DNA of 64,000 nt, from contig JANYJP010000017.1 in assembly GCA_025358455.1 (NCBI GenBank), positions 38,781 to 102,780 on the forward strand. Reading direction: 5' to 3'. This DNA comes from Bacteroidales bacterium. Its GTDB lineage: Bacteria > Bacteroidota > Bacteroidia > Bacteroidales > VadinHA17. Positions 45,480 through 54,263 of the stretch are shown here, piece by piece. The stretch's first letter is position 1. Each line of letters starts with the position of its first letter. Below the pieces are notes generated by a model. The model was not told the origin of the DNA, did no database searches, and was given only the letters and a program-made list of their open reading frames with translations. Position numbers and translations under genes: made by a program.

Positions 45480-46571
45480 ATGAAAAAACATTATCAAATC
45501 CTATCATCAGCTCTGAGAGGTGTAAGCATCCTTATAATAGCTCTCTTATTACTTATTGATGTCGCAAACGGACAAACAGTTTCAAAATCCGGTATAGCGT
45601 CAAATATCCCTGACACTGTTTATAAAATATTTGAAAAATCATGCATGACCTGCCATTCTGAAGGTGGAAAGAAGATTGCAATGAGTCATCTGAATTTTTC
45701 CAACTGGAATAAATACAATTCAGAAAAACAAGCTTCAAAAGCAAAGGATATATGCGAAATGGTAACAAAAGGGAAAATGCCCCCTAAAGCTTTCAGGGAA
45801 TCGAAACCTGATCTGATACCCACGGCAGACCAGCTTAAATTTATTTGCCAGTGGAGTGTGGCTATTGGTCTGTATTATACAGGACAAGCCGGAGACATCA
45901 AAACAAACAATGAACCTTTGAAACAACCTGCAATTCAAACTGCAGGAAAGTTTGAGTTTAAGCCTTTGCCTTTTGCCTATGAGGCTCTTGAGCCTTACAT
46001 TGATAAACAAACTGTTGAATTGCATTACACCAAACATCACAAATCAGCTTTTGATGCTTTTGTGGCCGCGGTAAAAGGTACACCTATAGAGGCAATGGAC
46101 ATTAAAGAAATTTTCAGGAATGTCAGCAAATATCCTGTAACTATCAGAAATAATGGTGGAAGTTATTATAACCACATGCTCTACTGGGAAAATATGAAGG
46201 CAAAAGGAGGAGGAACGCCAGCAGGAAAATTATCGGACGCAATTAATAAGAAATTCGGAAATTTTGAAGAATTTAAAAAACAATACACCGAAGCAGGTAA
46301 AAGCAGATACGGCAGCGGATATTCATGGTTAGCTGTTGATGATCAGGGGGAACTGTTTGTTTGTTCCATGCCAAACCAGGATAATCCTCTTATGGATCTT
46401 GCTGAGAAAAAAGGAACACCGTTACTGGTAATGGATGTATGGGAACATGCTTATTACCTTAAATATCAAAATAGAAGAGCGGATTATATTGATGCATTCT
46501 GGAACGTTATTAACTGGGATGTTGTCTCCGGAAGATACGATGATGCTCTGAAAACTATCGTTAAAAAGTAA
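45480..46571 (+). CDS. Secreted fusion: CxxCH haem-binding domain plus Fe/Mn superoxide dismutase
   Basis: Signal peptide 'ILIIALLLLIDVANG'. 'KSCMTCHSEGGKKIAMSHLNFSNW...KGKMPP' resembles the Haem_bd (PF14376-like) domain. A full SOD follows ('FKPLPFAYEALEPYIDKQTVELHYTKHH', 'VMDVWEHAYYLKYQNRR'). Confidence 0.8.
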   Translation: MKKHYQILSSALRGVSILIIALLLLIDVANGQTVSKSGIASNIPDTVYKIFEKSCMTCHSEGGKKIAMSHLNFSNWNKYNSEKQASKAKDICEMVTKGKMPPKAFRESKPDLIPTADQLKFICQWSVAIGLYYTGQAGDIKTNNEPLKQPAIQTAGKFEFKPLPFAYEALEPYIDKQTVELHYTKHHKSAFDAFVAAVKGTPIEAMDIKEIFRNVSKYPVTIRNNGGSYYNHMLYWENMKAKGGGTPAGKLSDAINKKFGNFEEFKKQYTEAGKSRYGSGYSWLAVDDQGELFVCSMPNQDNPLMDLAEKKGTPLLVMDVWEHAYYLKYQNRRADYIDAFWNVINWDVVSGRYDDALKTIVKK

Positions 46572-46631
46572 AGTCTAAGATCGTACAGTTTGGAAATTGG
46601 TTAACCGGTAAACTGGTATCAGCTGGTAATT

Positions 46632-49172
46632 ATGAAAAAACAAAATCATTCTGACAGGCAAACCCTCCCATTCTGGAGCATGCCGGTATCAGACCTTCCA
46701 TCTTATCTGCATACTCCTGATGGCGGATTATCTGTCAAAGAAGCAGGCCAACGACTTATTAGTTATGGAGCTAACCGTCTGAAATCACAAAAACGATCCG
46801 ATGTTCTGACCATCTTTATTGCCCAGTTTAAGAGTCCTATAATACTTATTCTCCTTATTGCAACAGGATTATCTTTTTTCCTTCATAATATAACAGATGC
46901 AGCTATCATTCTTGCCATAGTTTTAATGAGTGGGCTTCTTGGTTTCTGGCAGGAACACAGTGCAACCAGCGCAGTGAAAAAATTATTGGCCATTGTGCAG
47001 ATCAGAGCGGCAGTACTTCGTGAAGGAATCCAAAAGGAAATCCATGTTGAAGAAATTGTTCCAGGAGATATTGTTATCCTCAATGCAGGTGATATAGTTC
47101 CTGGCGACTGTCTCATTCTTGAGTCAAAAGACATCTTTGTAGATGAAGCCATGCTGACAGGAGAGACATTCCCGGTAGAAAAAGCAGCAGGGGTTCTACC
47201 TGTTGATACTCCCCTTGCACATCGTTCAAACTCGTTATGGATGGGGACTCATATTGTTAGCGGCAATGCTAAAGTATTAGTATCATTAACCGGTATAGAA
47301 ACTGAGTTTGGTAAGGTATCTGAGAGTCTCAGGCTGAAACCGCAGGAGACTGAATTCGAACATGGAATAAGAAGCTTCGGTTATTTTCTGGGCGAAGTCA
47401 CACTTATTCTGGTGGTGCTGATCTTTGCCATAAATGTCTTTTTAAAAAGGCCAGTCCTTGACTCATTCCTCTTTTCACTGGCACTTGCGGTTGGTTTAAC
47501 ACCGCAGTTGCTGCCTGCAATCATTAGTATCAACCTTGCTCATGGTGCTAAAAAAATGGCGCAGAAAAAAGTGATCGTAAAACGGCTCTCTTCAATTGAG
47601 AACTTTGGCAGCATGAATGTTTTATGCTCTGATAAAACGGGTACTCTGACTGAAGGAATCGTGAAGGTTCAATCTGCAGTTAATATAGATGGAGTAGCAA
47701 GTGACAATGTATTTCTCTATGCATATCTTAATGCATTTTATGAAACCGGCTTTACAAACCCCATAGACGAAGCGATCCGTACCTATAAAAAAATAGATTT
47801 ATCCGGATACCAGAAGAATGATGAAATTCCTTATGATTTTTTAAGAAAACGATTAAGCATAGCTGTTAATCATTCCGGTGATCATCTGATGGTAACCAAA
47901 GGCGCTCTGACGGATATACTCAAGGTCTGTTCATCAGCTGAAACCCCGGCAGGAAGCATTGTTGAAATTGCTGCAGTAACAGATCAGATTCAAAAGCTTT
48001 ATAATGATTTCAGCAGTCAGGGTTTTCGAACTCTTGGTGTCGCGTATAAAAAATTGCCTTCTGAAGCACTTATTAAAAAAAGTGATGAGGTAAACATGAC
48101 ATTTATAGGATTATTAACACTTTTTGATCCTCCAAAAGCAAATATTGCTGAAACCATTAATAATCTCAGAAAACTTGGCGTTTCACTTAAAATAATCACT
48201 GGCGACAATCATCTTGTTGCATTAACGCTGAGTCAAAAAATGGGTTTACCGAATACAAAAATAATTACCGGTTCAGATATTCGTCAGATGAGCGATGAAG
48301 CATTGCTCAGGAGCGTGGCTGGTGTTGATGTTTTTGCCGAGACAGAGCCCAATCAGAAAGAAAGGATTATCGTAGCAATGCGTAAGGCAGGAAATGTTGT
48401 AGGATATATGGGAGATGGTATTAATGACGCCTCTGCCCTTCACGCCGCTGATGTTGGCATTTCGGTAGATACGGCAGCTGATGTTGCCAAAGATGCCGCT
48501 GATATTGTTCTGCTTGAAAAAGATCTGGGGGTTCTTGTCGAAGGCGTGCGGGAAGGAAGAACAACATTTGCAAACACGTTGAAGTATGTGTTTATGGCAA
48601 CAAGTGCTAATTTCGGTAATATGTTCAGTATGGCCGGAGTGTCATTGTTCATTCCATTTCTTCCGCTTCTGCCCAAACAAATCCTCCTTACTAACCTGAT
48701 GACCGATTTTCCGGAAATGGCTATCGCAACCGATACAGTCGATAATGAAATGATTGACTACCCCCGTCGGTGGGATATCAAAGCCATTCGCAAGTTCATG
48801 ATAACATTCGGCCTTATAAGCTCGGTATTTGACTACATTACCTTTGGCTTGCTTCTGCTGGTTCTCAAAGCCAACGAAAATCAGTTCAGAACAGGATGGT
48901 TTGTCGAGTCAGTAATTTCCGCTTCGCTGATTGTTCTTGTTATTCGCAGCCGAAAACCTTTTTTCAGAAGTACTCCCGGCAAATATCTGCAGATTGCCAC
49001 AATTTTAATCGTTGTTATTACAATGATTCTGCCCTATACGCCTCTTGGAAACCTCTTCGGATTCAGTCCGCTATCCCTGCTAACTTATCTGTTTTTACTG
49101 GCAATTGTAGTTGGTTATATTATTGCAGCAGAAATTACCAAAACTATTTTTTATAAGAGGGTAAAATTTTGA
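46632..49172 (+). CDS. mgtA: Mg2+-importing P-type ATPase
   Basis: 'CSDKTGTLTEG' phosphorylation site, 'MTGETFPVEK', 'ITGDN' and 'GYMGDGINDASALHAADVGISV'. 846 aa with an MgtA-like C-terminal TM region. Confidence 0.85.
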   Translation: MKKQNHSDRQTLPFWSMPVSDLPSYLHTPDGGLSVKEAGQRLISYGANRLKSQKRSDVLTIFIAQFKSPIILILLIATGLSFFLHNITDAAIILAIVLMSGLLGFWQEHSATSAVKKLLAIVQIRAAVLREGIQKEIHVEEIVPGDIVILNAGDIVPGDCLILESKDIFVDEAMLTGETFPVEKAAGVLPVDTPLAHRSNSLWMGTHIVSGNAKVLVSLTGIETEFGKVSESLRLKPQETEFEHGIRSFGYFLGEVTLILVVLIFAINVFLKRPVLDSFLFSLALAVGLTPQLLPAIISINLAHGAKKMAQKKVIVKRLSSIENFGSMNVLCSDKTGTLTEGIVKVQSAVNIDGVASDNVFLYAYLNAFYETGFTNPIDEAIRTYKKIDLSGYQKNDEIPYDFLRKRLSIAVNHSGDHLMVTKGALTDILKVCSSAETPAGSIVEIAAVTDQIQKLYNDFSSQGFRTLGVAYKKLPSEALIKKSDEVNMTFIGLLTLFDPPKANIAETINNLRKLGVSLKIITGDNHLVALTLSQKMGLPNTKIITGSDIRQMSDEALLRSVAGVDVFAETEPNQKERIIVAMRKAGNVVGYMGDGINDASALHAADVGISVDTAADVAKDAADIVLLEKDLGVLVEGVREGRTTFANTLKYVFMATSANFGNMFSMAGVSLFIPFLPLLPKQILLTNLMTDFPEMAIATDTVDNEMIDYPRRWDIKAIRKFMITFGLISSVFDYITFGLLLLVLKANENQFRTGWFVESVISASLIVLVIRSRKPFFRSTPGKYLQIATILIVVITMILPYTPLGNLFGFSPLSLLTYLFLLAIVVGYIIAAEITKTIFYKRVKF

Positions 49173-49257
49173 ATTATCAGAATATTAAAAAAATACTAAT
49201 TCAGTGATTCTAAATTACGTCAAAAACAATGTTTGATTACTTATTCAGATATAAATT

Positions 49258-49551
49258 ATGAAGGCATTATCAAAATTCGAAGTTATCAGTTACCTGGAAC
49301 TTCATTTAAAAAACTGGACATATGATGGGGAAGCTATTAAAAGGGAACTTAAGTTTACGACTTTTGTGGAGGCATTCTCCTTCATGACTTCAGTAGCACT
49401 GGTAGCAGAGAAAATGGAACATCATCCCGACTGGAATAATGTATATAATAAAGTTCAGATTTCTTTAAATACTCATAGTGCAAAAGGTATAACCCAGCTC
49501 GATTTTGATCTGGCAAAGGAGATCGACAAAATATACAAACATTTTGAATAA
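49258..49551 (+). CDS. Pterin-4-alpha-carbinolamine dehydratase
   Basis: 97 aa. 'LKNWTYDGEAIKRELKFTTFVEAFSFMTSVALVAEKMEHHPDW.NVYNKV' contains the conserved HHPD motif. Confidence 0.85.
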   Translation: MKALSKFEVISYLELHLKNWTYDGEAIKRELKFTTFVEAFSFMTSVALVAEKMEHHPDWNNVYNKVQISLNTHSAKGITQLDFDLAKEIDKIYKHFE

Positions 49552-49554
49552 TGA

Positions 49555-50232
49555 TTATCCCTGAAGTAATCTGTTGGTAATGGAATCTTCATTTTCGTGA
49601 TGATAAATATAAGTAGAGTAAAGAACCTCCTTCATACTTACATGATCCTTTCTTGCCCTGTCAAATAGATCAGCATCAGTGCCGAGTAATATATATTTGA
49701 ACCCATTGAGGGAAATAGCAATATTTCTATCGATAAAGAAAGTACCGCCAATTACACAATCGTTCAGGTTAATTTTCTTTCCTGCATCGAACCTGTCCGG
49801 AACAAATTGATTTCCAAGTATTTTTACTCCACCGTATAAAAACTTTATGGAAGGATCCTGCATTAAGATAGCTTTTCTGGATTCAAGATGGAAGCGATCA
49901 AATTCATCATCTGAATCCAGAAATGTTATAAATCTGCCAGTTGCCGACTTTATACCTGCATTTTTAGAAGATGCCTCTCCTCCGTGAGGTTGCTTAATAT
50001 ATTTTATTCCCTGATATCTTCTAAGAAATGGTAATATGTGTTCATATGTGTTATCTGTACTACCATCATCTATAATAATTGCTTCCCAATCATTCTCGGT
50101 CTGAGATATCAGTGACTTTAATGCCCTTTTAAGAAGAATTGCTCTGTTATAAGTAGTAATTATCACAGAAAAGAAAGGAGAAGATTCTATACGCGGATTT
50201 TGATTTTCAAATTCATTAACTAAATTTTTCAT
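49555..50232 (-). CDS. Family 2 glycosyltransferase
   Basis: 'FSVIITTYNRAILLKRALKSLISQT..DWEAIIIDDGSTDNT' and 'FLDSDDEF' (DxD). Confidence 0.8.
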   Translation of the reverse strand: MKNLVNEFENQNPRIESSPFFSVIITTYNRAILLKRALKSLISQTENDWEAIIIDDGSTDNTYEHILPFLRRYQGIKYIKQPHGGEASSKNAGIKSATGRFITFLDSDDEFDRFHLESRKAILMQDPSIKFLYGGVKILGNQFVPDRFDAGKKINLNDCVIGGTFFIDRNIAISLNGFKYILLGTDADLFDRARKDHVSMKEVLYSTYIYHHENEDSITNRLLQG

Positions 50233-50313
50233 ATAAATGAGGATAAGTAGTTTGTTTTAATAATTCTGAATACTACTATCTAACAAATCAATTCTTCAAA
50301 AAGTTTTACAGTT

Positions 50314-50841
50314 TCATTTCTTTAATACTAAATACTTGGTTATTAATGTTCCCTGCTCGTTTACCTTTTCACAACTTATCAGTTGCAGGTTGATGTCTAA
50401 TCTCTTTGTGATTACAATACTATCTCCTTTCCCAAAAATTTTAGGTTCTATTGTAAGCCAGAGTTCATCAACGAGGCCCTCCTTTAAAAATGAAGTTGCG
50501 ATATGTGGCCCTCCTACTACGACCATAGCTTCATATCCCCTTTTTTCAAAGTGAGAAAAAAGCTCGACAGGAGATTCCTTTTTAAACTCAAGCGTACCCG
50601 CGACCTCATATTTTTCATATTTCTCAGGTTCTCTGGTCATTACTACAAGAAGATGCTTTTTTGAAGGTTTTATCGGATCCACATTATAAGTTGCGCTTCC
50701 CATTACTATAAGCTCTGAGTAATCCCAGATTTTCCTGAAATACTTCTGATCATATTTTGACGACCAGGATTTTACGTCAGGATCACCCCACCTGGTTACT
50801 TTTCCATCAAGTGTGGATACAAAAACAAGTATAACTTTCAT
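50314..50841 (-). CDS. Dihydrofolate-reductase-like (RibD C-terminal domain) family protein
   Basis: 'MKVILVFVSTLDGKVT' and 'VVVGGPHIATSFLKEGLVDELWLTIEPKIFGKG' are typical of the RibD_C/DHFR-like family. Confidence 0.75.
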   Translation of the reverse strand: MKVILVFVSTLDGKVTRWGDPDVKSWSSKYDQKYFRKIWDYSELIVMGSATYNVDPIKPSKKHLLVVMTREPEKYEKYEVAGTLEFKKESPVELFSHFEKRGYEAMVVVGGPHIATSFLKEGLVDELWLTIEPKIFGKGDSIVITKRLDINLQLISCEKVNEQGTLITKYLVLKK

Positions 50842-50879
50842 TTTTGGAAGTTGGAATATCCTGAATGATAATAATAAAA

Positions 50880-51347
50880 TCAGGTTGTCTGATCAGCAAG
50901 ATAATTCTGTATACCCATTTGTTTTATCTGACTTAGCTGAGCTTCTATCCAATCAATATGCCTTTCTTCATCAAGTAGGTTTGCTTCAAGGAGGTCGCGG
51001 GTTCCATTGTCATTTAGTTTTACGGCAAGATGAATGCCTTCGTTATATATTTTGGCAGTATTTTCTTCGGCCACTAAGTCGTTCTTAAGCTGGTTCTCCA
51101 CCAATGCTCCTATCTTGACTTTATTGAGATTGCTAACAATTGGCATCCCGTCCAGAAACAATATCCTTGCTATTAATTTCTCGACATGCTTCATTTCTTC
51201 AATAGCGCGTTTTTCAATACTTTTATGGAGACGTTCATATCCCCAGTTAGCACACATTTCAGAATGTACAATGTACTGATTAATTGCAGTCAGTTCGTCT
51301 TCCAGCAGAAAGTTCAGGTTCTCAATAATTTTTTCGTTGCCCTTCAT
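50880..51347 (-). CDS. bfr: Bacterioferritin
   Basis: 'IIENLNFLLEDELTAINQYIVHSEM', 'AIEEMKHVEKLI' (haem-ligand Met context) and 'LLDEERHIDWIEAQL' (ferroxidase ligands). Confidence 0.9.
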   Translation of the reverse strand: MKGNEKIIENLNFLLEDELTAINQYIVHSEMCANWGYERLHKSIEKRAIEEMKHVEKLIARILFLDGMPIVSNLNKVKIGALVENQLKNDLVAEENTAKIYNEGIHLAVKLNDNGTRDLLEANLLDEERHIDWIEAQLSQIKQMGIQNYLADQTT

Positions 51348-51407
51348 GATAATGTTTATTAATTATTAATTATACATACTATCTTCATTAACAGTACGTT
51401 AGTTATA

Positions 51408-51472
51408 CAAATAAACAAAAAGCAGATTTGGTAACGCTTACATAATTTAAATAATGATTTATATAATTCACA
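51408..51472 (-). promoter_or_regulatory. Class-2 stress module, copy G (minus strand; most divergent copy)
   Basis: The minus strand reads TGTGAATTATATAAA-N15-TGTAAG-N21-TTTATTTG. It has the same 15/21 spacing as the other copies and ends 60 nt before the bfr ATG. Confidence 0.5.
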
Positions 51473-51746
51473 CATAGTAATAACTATAATTATAAGTAAT
51501 GGATTTTAAAAGTTTCATAGTCTGAGATTCCACACTTAGTAACCTTCCTGATACCTGCAATACCTTGTCATACCGAACGTTAGTGAGGAATCTCCAACTC
51601 CCAATAGTATAATACTTCTTATAATTCATTTTTAGTCAAAATAGAGATGCTCTGCCAGAAATCGCATTTTTTATTAATTTATTGAAAATAAAACCGATAT
51701 ACCAATTAGTATACGTATCTTGCACCCATTAATTTAAAATCATATT

Positions 51747-51938
51747 ATGAATAATGGAACAGTAAAATTCTATAATGAATCTAAAGGATTTGGATTCATT
51801 AAAGACGCAAATTCAACGAAAGAATATTTTGTACATTCATCAGGCTTAAAAGATAGCATCAATGAGAACGATGAAGTGACTTTCGACCTACAAGAAGGAA
51901 AAAAAGGATTAAATGCAGTAAATGTTAAACTAGCTTAG
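51747..51938 (+). CDS. csp: Cold-shock protein (CspA family)
   Basis: 'GTVKFYNESKGFGFI' (RNP1) and 'YFVHSS' (RNP2-like). 63 aa. Confidence 0.9.
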   Translation: MNNGTVKFYNESKGFGFIKDANSTKEYFVHSSGLKDSINENDEVTFDLQEGKKGLNAVNVKLA

Positions 51939-51969
51939 TTTATCCATTATAAAACATTTAAAATTTTAA

Positions 51970-51997
51970 TCCCGCCAATCAATGGCGGGATTTTTTT
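51970..51997 (+). terminator. Rho-independent terminator after csp
   Basis: Stem TCCCGCC (51970-76), loop aatcaat, stem GGCGGGA (51984-90), followed by TTTTTTT. Confidence 0.8.
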
Positions 51998-52016
51998 ATT
52001 ACGGAAATATTTTATG

Positions 52017-52081
52017 TGTGAATCATGTAACTTATTTTGAATATTTTGTAACTCTTTTGATTGTAATGACATACATCTTTG
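52017..52081 (+). promoter_or_regulatory. Class-2 stress module, copy E
   Basis: TGTGAATCATGTAAC-N15-TGTAAC-N21-CATCTTTG. It ends 125 nt before the ATG at 52207. The leader contains a CCGGTAA...TTACCGG hairpin (52125-52159). Confidence 0.6.
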
Positions 52082-52206
52082 TCTATCAATAATTCGTAAT
52101 AACGATTTGATCAAAAGGCACTCCCCGGTAAACATTTTCACTCTTATACTTGTTACCGGATTATAGGCACAATTAATAATTTAAACTATTTAAAGATTTA
52201 TAAATA

Positions 52207-52461
52207 ATGATTACGACACTTATACTACTTGCAATAGTTGCGCTAATATTGAAACTCGTAAAAGGGAAGCCTGTAATAAATACAGATAACTCAAATGGAG
52301 TCTGGAATAAGCAAAAAAGTAAATTAATGAAGAAATTCTCGGTTTTAACAAAGAATGACTTTCTGTTTGCTGAAGGAAAGAAAGACGAGATGTTAGCCAG
52401 GCTTCAGATTAAACTTGGAAAAACAAAAGAAGAATTGCAAACTATTATAACTGAGCTTTAA
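52207..52461 (+). CDS. CsbD-like general stress protein with an N-terminal TM anchor
   Basis: 'WNKQKSKLMKKFSVLTKNDFLFAEGKKDEMLARLQIKLGKTKEEL' matches the CsbD/YjbJ pattern. It is preceded by the hydrophobic 'ITTLILLAIVALILKLV'. Confidence 0.7.
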   Translation: MITTLILLAIVALILKLVKGKPVINTDNSNGVWNKQKSKLMKKFSVLTKNDFLFAEGKKDEMLARLQIKLGKTKEELQTIITEL

Positions 52462-52497
52462 TAAATTTTTATTTTACAATTATAAAACATTAATAAC

Positions 52498-52659
52498 ATG
52501 CGTGAAAAGAAACCTATTATATTAAAATCACCTGATCTGAATAAAATGCAAGCGGTTTATATTGATCAGAGAACGAAGATATATATTGCTCTTAATGCTG
52601 ACCCCACAAAAGCCAGGAACCGCTATTTAGAACGTTATGGCGTTAAAAAAACCATGTAA
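52498..52659 (+). CDS. Small hypothetical protein (53 aa; below the ORF-track cutoff)
   Basis: Hand translation gives MREKKPIILKSPDLNKMQAVYIDQRTKIYIALNADPTKARNRYLERYGVKKTM. It starts 36 nt after the csbD-like gene on the same strand. No family recognised. Confidence 0.3.
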   Translation: MREKKPIILKSPDLNKMQAVYIDQRTKIYIALNADPTKARNRYLERYGVKKTM

Positions 52660-52794
52660 AATCTTAAAACACTCTGGTTGGGCACCCCTGCAAAAAACAG
52701 TGTGGCGTGTGGATACACCCCGATCTTATTAAAGTGCTTCTTTCAGTTTCAGCAAATACTGCCTCGAAAACTGTTTTTGATTTGTCAATTCTGA

Positions 52795-54231
52795 TTACAG
52801 GCTCTTAACTTCATTGACAAGGTTTTGAAGTGTGCTTTTTGCATCTCCGAATAGCATCCTGGTTTTATTATTAAAGAATAACATATTCTCAATAGCCGCA
52901 TACCCTTTTCCCATGCCTCGTTTCATAACTATGATGTTTTTTGCATCGCGTGCTTTAATGATAGGCATCCCATAAATAGGACTTGTGGGATCATCTTCTG
53001 CCGCGGGGTTTACAACATCATTCGCTCCGATAACAACCAGAACATCAGTATTTGGAAGGTCTGGGTTTATCTCATCACTCTCAATAAGCTGTTCATATGG
53101 CACATCAGCCTCAGCAAGTAAAACATTCATATGGCCTGGCATGCGTCCGGCAACCGGATGAATCGCATACCTGACTTCTACGCCTTTTTCTTCCAGCAGT
53201 TTATCAAGTTCATGACAGATGTGCTGAGCCTGTGCAACAGCAAGTCCGTAACCAGGGACTATAACTACTTTCTTCGAGTAACTCAGCAGGACTGCTGCAT
53301 CGGTAAGGGATATTTCTTTCACTGTGCCGCTTGTGGCAACAGAAGACTGGCCGCCCCCACCAAATACGCCAACAATAACATTTAGCAAAGAACGGTTCAT
53401 CGCCCTGCACATAAGGATCGTAAGTATAGTACCTGCCGATCCTACAAGTATACCACCAGTAAGCATTGCCTGGTTGTTGTAAAGGAAACCACCCATAGCT
53501 GCAGCCACACCTGTAAACGAGTTCAGAAGTGAAATAACTACAGGCATATCAGCACCGCCTATGGGCATGACAAATAATACACCGTATATAACTGATATTA
53601 TAAACATTACATATATCAATGGAGTAAGTTCACTGGCAGCCTGCACATTCCTGGTCATTATGAAAACAATGAATCCTATCAGGACAGCCAGAATTGTGAG
53701 ATTAACAAACTTCATAGCTTTTAGGCGCATATCGCCAATTTTGCCGTCAAGTTTTCCAAAGGCAATCATGCTACCTGACCATGATACAGTACCAATAACA
53801 AGACCAAGAAGAATAGCCAGTACATGCCCGTTAGCCATGCCGGTCTTAGCGATTAATTCAGGGCTGATATGCGGAAACTCTATCATTGATATAAGAGCTG
53901 CAGCGGCGCCCCCCATTCCATTAAAAAATGAGACCAGCTGCGGCATGGCAGTCATCTTAACGCGTTTTGCAATCACCCACCCTATCCCGGTTCCAATTAC
54001 AATTGCGAGAAGAATAAATCCTATATTGCCAATCGGTTTACCATCCTTCTGATGAAACAGGATAGTCGCGAATATTGCCAGACCCATCCCAATTGAAGCA
54101 AAAATATTTCCGCGCCGGGCTGTTAGCGGATGGCTTAACATTTTTAACCCCAGGATAAATAATACCGATGCTACAACATAAGATATCTCGAGGATTGAGA
54201 TTCCGGTATTAAGCTGAGATAATTGATCCAT
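52795..54231 (-). CDS. pntB: NAD(P) transhydrogenase subunit beta
   Basis: Polytopic N-half plus a C-terminal NADP(H) domain ('VVIVPGYGLAVAQAQH', 'YAIHPVAGRMPGHMNVLLAEA', 'VIGANDVVNPAA'). Confidence 0.95.
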   Translation of the reverse strand: MDQLSQLNTGISILEISYVVASVLFILGLKMLSHPLTARRGNIFASIGMGLAIFATILFHQKDGKPIGNIGFILLAIVIGTGIGWVIAKRVKMTAMPQLVSFFNGMGGAAAALISMIEFPHISPELIAKTGMANGHVLAILLGLVIGTVSWSGSMIAFGKLDGKIGDMRLKAMKFVNLTILAVLIGFIVFIMTRNVQAASELTPLIYVMFIISVIYGVLFVMPIGGADMPVVISLLNSFTGVAAAMGGFLYNNQAMLTGGILVGSAGTILTILMCRAMNRSLLNVIVGVFGGGGQSSVATSGTVKEISLTDAAVLLSYSKKVVIVPGYGLAVAQAQHICHELDKLLEEKGVEVRYAIHPVAGRMPGHMNVLLAEADVPYEQLIESDEINPDLPNTDVLVVIGANDVVNPAAEDDPTSPIYGMPIIKARDAKNIIVMKRGMGKGYAAIENMLFFNNKTRMLFGDAKSTLQNLVNEVKSL

Positions 54232-54263
54232 ATTGTTAATCGATTTTGTTTATTCCCAGGTAA

